A DNA stretch of 64,000 nucleotides from an uncultured Thermoanaerobaculia bacterium (GTDB lineage: Bacteria > Acidobacteriota > Thermoanaerobaculia > Thermoanaerobaculales > Sulfomarinibacteraceae). Positions 45,671 through 53,401 of this stretch are shown here, in pieces; the first letter of the stretch is position 1; each line of letters opens with the position of its first letter. Below the pieces are notes generated by a model. It searched no databases. It was given only the letters and a program-made list of their open reading frames with translations, and was not told the DNA's origin. The stretch lies in assembly GCA_964420405.1 (NCBI GenBank), contig CAYQTL010000011.1, positions 268-64,267 of the forward strand. Direction: 5' to 3'. The translations under genes and the position numbers were made by a program.

Positions 45671-46650
45671 GCGACCTCCTCCTGCGCCCGTTCCGCCCCG
45701 GCGACGAAGGCGCCGTCAACGACGGCTTCAACGAGGCGTTCGGCCTCGCCCGGCCGCTCGACGAGTGGGCGTGGAAGTTCCCGCCCGAGCCTGGTGGCCG
45801 GCTGATCATGCTCGCCGAGCAGGACGGCGAGATCCTGGCCCACTACGCCGGCTGTCCGGTCCGGTTCGAGATCGACGGCCGGGCGTGGCCGGCGGCGTTG
45901 ATCGGGGATGTCTACTCGCGTCGCTCCGCGCGGACGCGGTTCAGCCGTCGCGGGGTGTGGGTGCAGACGGTGGAGGCGTTCTTCGAGCGGTTCGGCGAGT
46001 CCGGCCGGGTGGCGATGCTGTACGGGTTCCCGAGCCCCCGCCCGTTGCGGCTCGGGGTCCTCCAGCTCGGCTACGACGCCATCGAGCCGCAGCCGATCCG
46101 ATACCTCCGACGGACGCCCGCCCGTCGTGCCTCCGCACCCGTCCGCCTGCTGTACCGGGCCGAGGTGGCGCCCGACTGGGAGCCGCGCCTCGACGGGCTG
46201 TGGCGGCGGGTCCGCCGGTCGTACCCGGCGGCAGCGGTGCGGGACGCCGACCGTGCCCTGCGCCGCCTCGCCGGCCACCCGTCGGTCCGTTACCACCGGT
46301 TCGTGGTCACGCCGCGGTTCGGGGACGCGGTGGTGGCGTTCGCGGCGTTCCGGACCGACGGGGGACGGGTCCGGTGGGTCGACCTGGTCTGGGACCACGG
46401 CCATCCCGGCGCGCTCGCGCTGCTCGCCCACCTCTCGGCGCGCCTCGCCGCCCAGGCCGGCGCGGAGATCGAGGAGATGTGGCTCAACGGCGACCCCGAG
46501 GGAGAGGGACGGCTCCTCCGGCGCGGTTTCGACGTCGCCCCCGAGCCCCTCGGCCTGGTCATGGTCGCCAAGGCGTTCGACCCCGCCCTCGACCTGTCCG
46601 CGCTCGACGGCCGGATCTACCTCACCATGGCCGACGCCGACCTGGTCTAG
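45667..46650 (+). CDS. GNAT-family acetyltransferase-like protein
   Basis: GTGA overlap with the ATPase stop. The protein starts LLLRPFRPGDEGAVNDGFNEAF...LAEQDGEILAHYAG. The stop TAG lies inside the terminal CTAG of the following element. Confidence 0.6.
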   Translation: MSDLLLRPFRPGDEGAVNDGFNEAFGLARPLDEWAWKFPPEPGGRLIMLAEQDGEILAHYAGCPVRFEIDGRAWPAALIGDVYSRRSARTRFSRRGVWVQTVEAFFERFGESGRVAMLYGFPSPRPLRLGVLQLGYDAIEPQPIRYLRRTPARRASAPVRLLYRAEVAPDWEPRLDGLWRRVRRSYPAAAVRDADRALRRLAGHPSVRYHRFVVTPRFGDAVVAFAAFRTDGGRVRWVDLVWDHGHPGALALLAHLSARLAAQAGAEIEEMWLNGDPEGEGRLLRRGFDVAPEPLGLVMVAKAFDPALDLSALDGRIYLTMADADLV

Positions 46651-46814
46651 GAGATCGTAGGGCATAGATCGCAGACGGATTTCGGTGCGTCGTGAGATGC
46701 GCGTCTGTGGCGGATTCGAGGAGCAGTACTCCGAGTACGGGCCGAGAATCCGCCGCGAACGGGCGCTCACGACGCCCGAAAGGCGTCGCCAATCGATGCC
46801 CTGCACCCTCCTGG
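46647..46814. mobile_element. 168-bp MITE-like palindromic element, copy 1
   Basis: ctaggagatcgtagggcatagat...atcgatgccctgcaccctcctgg. It aligns over its full length with the reverse complement of 60875..61042. Its own halves are inverted repeats of each other. Confidence 0.8.
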
Positions 46815-46899
46815 CGCGGCGATCCCACCACGTTCAGCCCGCGGCGGCCGATGGGCTGCGATCCGCGGGACTCGCGGTCTTCGCGGTGCTCGACGACCC

Positions 46900-47490
46900 T
46901 CAGCGCTCGCCATCTCCGGATGGCCTCTGGTGGATGAGCAGGAGGTTCCGCACGTAGATGATCCACCCGGTGCTCTGGCCGAGCACCCCGACGATGTCGC
47001 GCCGCCAGACGAAGTAGACGAGCAGCATCGAGGCTCCGCCGAGGCTCATCCACCAGAAGCCCACCGGCACGACGGACCGCCGGCGGTGCTCCGACACGAG
47101 CCACTGCAGAACCATCCGCCCTGTGAACAGCACCTGGCCCGTCAGCCCGAGCAGCACCCACAGGACTCCCACCGGGGAGGTGATGTTCAGGATCCGGTAC
47201 AGCCACTCCCGCCGGCGGGAATCCCGCTCCAGCCGCGCCACGAACGCGTCGGGGGTGAGTCGCTCGGTGGTCCCGTCCTCCCGCACGAGGAGCAACCACC
47301 CGCGTCCCGCGGCATCGGACTCGAGCCAGACGCGGCGGGTCTCGTCGGGCAGCGGCTCGAGCTGGAGCCGGATCCGGGTCGCCACCTCCGGTTCGGCGGC
47401 GTGGCGCGCGATCGCGACGGCGGCGCCCAACGTGACGGCCGCCGCCGCGAGCGCCAGCAGCGACACCGCCACGACGCGTGGCGGGGTCAC
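46900..47490 (-). CDS. Lipid-A-biosynthesis N-terminal (LAB_N) domain membrane protein
   Basis: Motif LGLTGQVLFTGRMVLQWLVSEHRRRSVVPVGFWWMSLGGASMLLVYFVWRRDIVGVLGQSTGWIIYVRNL. Confidence 0.8.
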   Translation of the reverse strand: MTPPRVVAVSLLALAAAAVTLGAAVAIARHAAEPEVATRIRLQLEPLPDETRRVWLESDAAGRGWLLLVREDGTTERLTPDAFVARLERDSRRREWLYRILNITSPVGVLWVLLGLTGQVLFTGRMVLQWLVSEHRRRSVVPVGFWWMSLGGASMLLVYFVWRRDIVGVLGQSTGWIIYVRNLLLIHQRPSGDGER

Positions 47491-48218
47491 CGCAGCCTCC
47501 AGCGGAGCCGGCGGTCCTGCAGCCAGCGTACGCCGAGGGCGTCCCGCAGACCCCGGAACGCGCGGTCAAGGGTGCCGTACTTGCTGCGGCCGTGGAGTCG
47601 GGGGGCGTGGCGGACCGGGACCTGGAGGACCGTGAACCCCTCCATCCGCAGCAGCGTCGGCAGGAAGCGGTGGGCGCCGTCGAACATCCGCACCGCGCGG
47701 ATCGCGTCGGCGCGGAGCACCTTGATCGGGCAGCCGGTGTCCACCACGTCCTCCCGCGTCAGCCGGTTGCGCACGTGGTTGGCGAACCAGGACGAGAACC
47801 TCTTCCAGCGGTCGTCGTGGCGCTCGACCCGCACCCCCACGACGGCGTCGACACCCTCCCGCTCGAGCACCCCGAGAAGACCCGGCAGGTCCTCGGGAAA
47901 GGTCTGCAGGTCCGCGTCGAGGATCGCCACCAGCCGCCCGCGGGCGTGCCGGAATCCGGCGTCGAGGGCGGCGGACTGGCCGCTCCGGGCCTCGAGGTGC
48001 AGCACCCGCAGCCGCGGTTCGTCGGCCCCGAGCTCGTCCAGACGGTCGCCGGAGCCGTCTCCGGAGCCGTCGTCCACCGCCACCAGCTCCCAACGGACCC
48101 CCGCGCCGTCCAGCGCTGCGCGCACCCGCCCGACGAGGGCGTCGACGCTGCCCCGCTCGTCGTACACCGGGGTCACCACCGACAGCTCGGGCCCGTCCTG
48201 GTCGTCCGGGGGGCTCAT
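47487..48218 (-). CDS. GT2 polyprenyl-phosphate glycosyltransferase-like (ArnC/DPM1-like)
   Basis: Motifs LSVVTPVYDERGSV, AVDDGSGDGS and LDADLQ. ATG 48218 overlaps the glpD stop by 4 nt. Confidence 0.82.
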   Translation of the reverse strand: MSPPDDQDGPELSVVTPVYDERGSVDALVGRVRAALDGAGVRWELVAVDDGSGDGSGDRLDELGADEPRLRVLHLEARSGQSAALDAGFRHARGRLVAILDADLQTFPEDLPGLLGVLEREGVDAVVGVRVERHDDRWKRFSSWFANHVRNRLTREDVVDTGCPIKVLRADAIRAVRMFDGAHRFLPTLLRMEGFTVLQVPVRHAPRLHGRSKYGTLDRAFRGLRDALGVRWLQDRRLRWRLR

Positions 48219-49846
48219 CGGGCGGAGGATAGCACCCCCCGAACGGTCCAGCCCTCGAGGGCGTCCTCGAACCGGTCGAGCTCGTCGGCGGTTCGGCCGG
48301 CGTCCCATCCGAGCTCGAGGGCGAGCTGCTCCGCCGCCGGCCCGGCGAGCTCCCGCGCCAGCTCAGGTCGCCACATCCCGAGCCGGATCCGACGCAGCAG
48401 CAGGTCCTCCAGATGCAGCACCGCGTTCCAGCGGGCGTGCGCCCGGATCTCCGCGGCGCACACGTCGACGTCCTCATTCACCGGGGCGAGCTCGGCCGGA
48501 TCCCGCGCCAGGGCGACGGCGGACCAGGCGAGGCCGGCCAGGCGGCGGGCCATGCCGGTGGCGACCTCGGTGTGGACGCCCGCCGCTTCCCGCAGCCGCC
48601 GCTCCAGGTCGGCCGGCGCCAGGTCGCCCACCGGCGTGCCCTCGGTGGCGCACGGCGCCGCATGCCGCGACCGGTCCTCGGGCAGCATCCTGAGGACCGC
48701 GTCCACCGCCTGCTCGGCGGTGCTGCGCCAGGTCGTGAGCTTGCCGCCGGCCACCGACAGGGCGCCGTCCTCCTCCCACAGGTCCTCCTCCCGGGTCGCC
48801 TCCGACGGGGTGTCGGCGTGGGTGTCGAGGATCGGCCGCAGCCCGGCGTATGCGGCGCGCACGTCGGTGGCGTCGATCGGCCGCCGTGGGAACGCCGCCG
48901 TCACCGCCCGCAACAGGTATCGCACCTCGTCGGCGGTCGGCCTGGGGTCGTCCAGGTCGCCGCCGTGGTACAGGTCGGTGGTGCCCACCAGGACGCCCTC
49001 CGGGTGGGGGATGAGGAACACCGGCCTGCCGTCGTCGGGCGAGGCGAGAGTGAGCGCCGCGCTCAGCGGCAGGCGCTCGGACGGCAGCACCAGGTGGGTG
49101 CCCCGGGAGGGCCGCAGCCGCGCACCGTCGAGCCCCAGGCGGCCGCGGACGACGTCGGTCCACACGCCGCCGGCGTTGACCACCACCGCCGCCTCGAGGA
49201 CGAGCTCGGCGCCGCTCTCGAGGTCGCGGATGACCACGCCCGCGATCTGTCCGGCCGCGTTCCGGCGCGCGCCGAGCAGCTCGGCCCGGGTCAGGATCCC
49301 GGCGCCGTAGCGGTGGGCGGTGGCCGCCACTGCCAGCGTGAGGCGGGCGTCGTCGGCCATGGCGTCGCCGAACTCGAGCGCCCGGTCGAGACCCTCGGTG
49401 CGCAGCCCGGGAGCCAGCGCGCGGACCGCACGGCGGTCGAGCTGGGTGTGCTTGTCGGGCCGGCCCGTGAGCTGGTCGTACATCCACAGCCCCACCTCGA
49501 TCTGCCAGCCGGGGGTGGCGTCGCCGTGGTAGGCCGGGTACAGGAACCGGATCGGGTGCACCAGGTGGGGGTCGAGGGCCACCATCCGGTCACGTTCACG
49601 GCACGCCTGGCGCGTGATCCGCAGCTGCATCTGCTTGAGGTAGCGCAGCCCGCCGTGGATCAGCTTCGACGACCGGGAGGACGTGCCGGACGCGATGTCG
49701 CCCCGCTCCGCCAGGATCACCCGCAGGCCCCGCTGGGCGGCGTCGAGAGCGATGCCGCAGCCGGTGATGCCGCCGCCCACCACCACCACGTCGAAGCGGC
49801 CGCGGTCGGCGAGCGCCAGCCCGCGCCAGCCCGGATGGAACATCAC
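48215..49846 (-). CDS. glpD: FAD-dependent glycerol-3-phosphate dehydrogenase
   Basis: Motifs DVVVVGGGITGCGIALDAAQRGLRV and GTSSRSSKLIHGGLRYL. Confidence 0.88.
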   Translation of the reverse strand: MMFHPGWRGLALADRGRFDVVVVGGGITGCGIALDAAQRGLRVILAERGDIASGTSSRSSKLIHGGLRYLKQMQLRITRQACRERDRMVALDPHLVHPIRFLYPAYHGDATPGWQIEVGLWMYDQLTGRPDKHTQLDRRAVRALAPGLRTEGLDRALEFGDAMADDARLTLAVAATAHRYGAGILTRAELLGARRNAAGQIAGVVIRDLESGAELVLEAAVVVNAGGVWTDVVRGRLGLDGARLRPSRGTHLVLPSERLPLSAALTLASPDDGRPVFLIPHPEGVLVGTTDLYHGGDLDDPRPTADEVRYLLRAVTAAFPRRPIDATDVRAAYAGLRPILDTHADTPSEATREEDLWEEDGALSVAGGKLTTWRSTAEQAVDAVLRMLPEDRSRHAAPCATEGTPVGDLAPADLERRLREAAGVHTEVATGMARRLAGLAWSAVALARDPAELAPVNEDVDVCAAEIRAHARWNAVLHLEDLLLRRIRLGMWRPELARELAGPAAEQLALELGWDAGRTADELDRFEDALEGWTVRGVLSSAR

Positions 49847-51471
49847 GCCTCCAGCCGGTCGCAGGCGTCAAGCAGGACGTGCGGGTTCAGGACGCCCGCG
49901 GGGTCCAGCTCGCGGGCAGCGGCGGCCACCAGCCGACGACCGTCCTCGCCGACCTCCCGGGGGTACCACGGCGCGTGCCACTGGCCGACGCCGTGGTGAT
50001 GGCTGATCGTCGCCCCGGCCGCCAGGAGCGCCTCGGTGGCGGCGCGTTTGACCCGCGCCCAGCGCGCGACGAGCTCGTCGGGGTCGCCGGCGGTGCGGAG
50101 GAAGAAGGTGAAGTACAGCGAGGTCCCGTCGCGGTAGGGATGGGAGACGTGGCACAGCACCGCGACCCGCTCGCCGTCGCCGGCGAGCGCGCCGGCGATG
50201 GCCGCACCGACCCGCTCTCGGGTCGCGGCGGCCGCCGACCAGGGCGCCGCCGTCTCGAGGGTGTCGGTGGCCCAGCCGAGCTCGAGAAGCTCCTCCCGCA
50301 GGTAGGGGTGGCGGAACCGGTCGCGAGCCCAGTGCCGGCCGGGCCGGCGGCCGAGGACCACGCCGCCGAGGCGGCGGATCGTCGACCGCGCGCAGCCGAG
50401 GGCGCCGGCGATCCCTTCCCGGTGGCCGGCGGCGCCCACCAGCAGCAGGCAGCCGTCGCGGCCGACTCCCTTCAGCCGCAGGTAGCCCCCCACCAGCGGC
50501 GCGAGCCGCGACGACGCCAGCCCGACCGCCATCGCCACCTCGGTCTCAGCGGCGTCTGACAGGCGCACCATGGCCAGCGGCAGACCGCACCAGACCATCT
50601 CCCGAACCGCGTCCAGGCCGGCTTCCAGGTTCGGTACCAGCGCCGCCTCGACAACCCTCTGCTCGGGTCGCGGGCGGACCCGCAGGGTGGCCGACGTGAT
50701 CACGCCGAGGCGTCCCTCGCTGCCGAGAACCAGCTGCCGCAGGTCGGGGCCGGCGGCCGAGGCCGGCAGCGCCGGCAGCTCGAGCCGGCCGTCCGGGGCG
50801 ACCAGCTCCAGGCCCGCCACCATGTCCCCGATGCGCCCGAAGCCGAGCGACTCCTGACCCGACGAGCGGGTCGCGATCCACCCCCCTACCGTCGCCAGCT
50901 CGAACGACTGGGGGAAGTGGCCGAGGGTCAGGCCGTGGGGCTCGAGCGCCGCCTCGACCGCCGGGCCGGGGGTGCCGGGCCCGAGCACCGCCAGCCGCGA
51001 GCCCAGGTCGAGACCGTTGAGACCTGTCATCCTCCCGAGGTCGAGGGACACCACCGGCCGGTCGGAGGGCAGCACGGTGACGCCGCCAGTGACCGAGGTG
51101 CCGCCGCCCCAGGGGATCACCGTCACGCCGTGGCGCCGGCAGGTCCCGAGGATTCCCTCCACCTCCGCCGCTTCGGTCGGGCGACAGACGGCGTCGGGCA
51201 GGGCGGCGATGCTGCCGCTGCGGACCCGGACGACGTCGACCAGGCCCTGCCCGCGCGCGTGGGCGAGCCGGTCGAGTGGATCCGTCGACGGGCTGCCGGA
51301 CAGCTCCGGCAACCGCCTCGCCGCCACGTCGGGTGGCCGGATACGGTCGCCCCCCAGGGGAGGGCCGGGCTCGCCGACGTGCTCCCGCAGCCATGCCACG
51401 AGCTGCTCGGACGGCGGGAAACGCTCGCCCTCGAACCCCCAGCCGCCGATCCGTCGCTGCCGTTGGTCCAT
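49843..51471 (-). CDS. FAD-linked oxidase, alkyl-dihydroxyacetonephosphate synthase (AGPS)-like
   Basis: N-terminal IGGWGFEGERF and VIPWGGGTSVTGG. ATG 51471 is preferred because TATACT lies exactly 7 nt upstream; the track start is 51516. Confidence 0.7.
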   Translation of the reverse strand: MDQRQRRIGGWGFEGERFPPSEQLVAWLREHVGEPGPPLGGDRIRPPDVAARRLPELSGSPSTDPLDRLAHARGQGLVDVVRVRSGSIAALPDAVCRPTEAAEVEGILGTCRRHGVTVIPWGGGTSVTGGVTVLPSDRPVVSLDLGRMTGLNGLDLGSRLAVLGPGTPGPAVEAALEPHGLTLGHFPQSFELATVGGWIATRSSGQESLGFGRIGDMVAGLELVAPDGRLELPALPASAAGPDLRQLVLGSEGRLGVITSATLRVRPRPEQRVVEAALVPNLEAGLDAVREMVWCGLPLAMVRLSDAAETEVAMAVGLASSRLAPLVGGYLRLKGVGRDGCLLLVGAAGHREGIAGALGCARSTIRRLGGVVLGRRPGRHWARDRFRHPYLREELLELGWATDTLETAAPWSAAAATRERVGAAIAGALAGDGERVAVLCHVSHPYRDGTSLYFTFFLRTAGDPDELVARWARVKRAATEALLAAGATISHHHGVGQWHAPWYPREVGEDGRRLVAAAARELDPAGVLNPHVLLDACDRLEA

Positions 51472-51478
51472 CGCCGCC

Positions 51479-51484
51479 AGTATA
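51479..51484 (-). promoter_or_regulatory. -10 box TATACT 7 nt before the AGPS-like ATG (leaderless-type)
   Basis: The minus strand reads ggaTATACTggcggcgATGgac. Confidence 0.5.
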
Positions 51485-51553
51485 TCCGCGGCGGGATTGC
51501 CGCAACGCGGAAACAAATCTGCCGCAGCGCGGTATTATCGATGCAGGGGTGCC

Positions 51554-52075
51554 GTGAGCGACGCAGCCGTCCTCGAGCTCGAAACCAGGTCCGACGCCGC
51601 GGCGGAGGAGCGCGCGACCGCGTACCACGAGGCGGGGCACGCCGTGATCGCGGCCCTGTGCGGCGAGCGGGTGACGGCGATCGAGATCCGGGGAGACGAC
51701 GAGCACTGGGGTTCGGTGCGCGCCCTGCGCTTCGAGTCCGGGCCCCGCGCCGAGGTCGACCCCAGGGTGCCCACCGCCCACCTCGAGCGCCGGATCCTGT
51801 GCGCCCTCGCCGGCATGGTGGCCGAGTCGATCGCCACCGGCCGCGCCGGCTGGGACGACCGCTCCGAGGACCTCGACGTCGCGGTGCGGCTCGCCATCCG
51901 CGTCGTGGGCGACTGTGAGCGCGTGCTGCCGTACCTCGAGACCGCCCGCGACCACCTCGAGGACCTGCTGTGCCGCCACTGGACCGCAGTCGAGGCGGTC
52001 GCGCTCGAGCTGATGGCCAGCCGCGAGGTGTCCGGCGACGGGCTCCGCAGGATGCTGGGCCGGCTGCTGCCCTGA
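51554..52075 (+). CDS. Stand-alone peptidase-M41-like (FtsH C-terminal domain-like) protein, 173 aa
   Basis: Motif AYHEAGHAVIAAL (HEXXH) followed by LAGMVAESIATG. GTG 51554 is the only in-frame start downstream of a TATTAT box (51533-51538). No AAA or TM region. Confidence 0.6.
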   Translation: MSDAAVLELETRSDAAAEERATAYHEAGHAVIAALCGERVTAIEIRGDDEHWGSVRALRFESGPRAEVDPRVPTAHLERRILCALAGMVAESIATGRAGWDDRSEDLDVAVRLAIRVVGDCERVLPYLETARDHLEDLLCRHWTAVEAVALELMASREVSGDGLRRMLGRLLP

Positions 52076-52080
52076 ACGTC

Positions 52081-53241
52081 TCAGCCGAGCAGGGTCGCGA
52101 CCCGCCCGACCATCCGCCTCGCCCCTTCGGCGAACGCCTCTTCGGGCGCGAGCAGGCTGACCACCAGCCAGCCGTCGGCTGGCATGTCGAACAGGTAGCC
52201 GGGATGGACGGCGACGCCGTCGCGCTCGAGCAGGTCGAGCGCCAGCGCCTCGTCGGAGACCACCGCCGGGAAGCGTACCGGCGCCGACCAGCCGCCGCCG
52301 ACCGCGGGGACGCTCATCGACGGCTGCGCGGCGACGAGCCCGCGGAGGGCGGCGAGGTTCGAGGCGCAGCGACGCCGGATCGTCGCCCGCAGGGGCTCGG
52401 ACGCCGCCAGCAGGTCGGCGGCCGCCTCGGCGGCGGGAGTTGCCACCGACAGCGCGGCGTCCGCGATCCAGTCGAGCCGCTCGAGGGCCCGTGCGACCGT
52501 CCGGTCGTCGCCCGTCACCGCGATCCACCCCAGCTTGACCTGGGGAAGGCCGGCGCGTTTGGAGAGCCCCCCGAGCGTGAACCGCAGACCCGGACCGGGC
52601 CGGGCGAGGGACCGCTCGCCGGGGTCGTCCAGCGGGTAGGGGAGGAACACCTCGTCGACAACCTGCGCCCATCCCCGCCGGCGGCACACCTCGTCCACCG
52701 CGGCCGCGTCGGCCGGCGCCACGTGGCTGCCGGTGGGGTTGTTGGGATGTACCAGCACCACCGCCCGGACGTCCGAGGGGGCCCGCTCGAGGTCGGCCAG
52801 GTCCGGCCCCCAGCCGGTCTCGGGCCGGAGGGCGAAGGCCGCGGTCGCGACCCCCTCGCAGCGGGCGATGTCCTCGAGGAGGGGGTACGACGGAGTCGGC
52901 ACCAAGACCCGCTCGCCGGGGTCGCACAGCAGCTTGAACAGCATCCCGTACGCCTCGCTGGTGGAAGCGGTGAGCACGATCCGATCGGCCTCCACCGCGC
53001 CGCCCCATCGCGCCAGCTCGGCCGCCACCGCGTCTCGCGCGGCGAGCGGTCCGCGCGGCTCCGGCCGGTAGGTCCTTCCCCGCGGGTGGGCGAGGCAGGA
53101 CAGCAGGTCGCCGGGGAGATCGAAGCCCGCCCGTGTGGGGTTGGACAGCGTCAGGTCGAACGCCGGCTCGCCGAGCCGCCGGCGGGCGAGCGCCAGCCGG
53201 TTCGGCCGGAGGTCGTCCGGAACCCGGCCCGAGAACCGCAT
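52081..53241 (-). CDS. Class I/II PLP-dependent aminotransferase
   Basis: Motifs LVHPNNPTGS and FTLGGLSKRAGLPQVKLGW. ATG 53241 is preferred because a perfect 16-bp hairpin occupies 53259-53295. Alternative start 53298. Confidence 0.82.
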   Translation of the reverse strand: MRFSGRVPDDLRPNRLALARRRLGEPAFDLTLSNPTRAGFDLPGDLLSCLAHPRGRTYRPEPRGPLAARDAVAAELARWGGAVEADRIVLTASTSEAYGMLFKLLCDPGERVLVPTPSYPLLEDIARCEGVATAAFALRPETGWGPDLADLERAPSDVRAVVLVHPNNPTGSHVAPADAAAVDEVCRRRGWAQVVDEVFLPYPLDDPGERSLARPGPGLRFTLGGLSKRAGLPQVKLGWIAVTGDDRTVARALERLDWIADAALSVATPAAEAAADLLAASEPLRATIRRRCASNLAALRGLVAAQPSMSVPAVGGGWSAPVRFPAVVSDEALALDLLERDGVAVHPGYLFDMPADGWLVVSLLAPEEAFAEGARRMVGRVATLLG

Positions 53242-53258
53242 TGGTGGATCTTCCCACA

Positions 53259-53295
53259 GCGAGCGACGAGGCGGAGGAACCGCCTCGTCGCTCGC
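53259..53295. other. Perfect 16-bp hairpin in the divergent intergenic region
   Basis: gcgagcgacgaggcgg-aggaa-ccgcctcgtcgctcgc. Confidence 0.85.
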
Positions 53296-53388
53296 CATGG
53301 AAACGGAGAACGCGACTTCGCCGGGACCTTGATCGGAGCGGGCCGGACGGCACGGCTGTCGGCTCACGGGCGCGCTCGTGGTGGAAGA

Positions 53389-53396
53389 TAGAATCG
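53389..53396 (+). promoter_or_regulatory. -10 box TAGAATCG 7 nt before the YdiJ-like ATG (leaderless-type)
   Basis: gaTAGAATcgggcggATG, the same geometry as coaD. Confidence 0.55.
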
Positions 53397-53401
53397 GGCG
53401 G

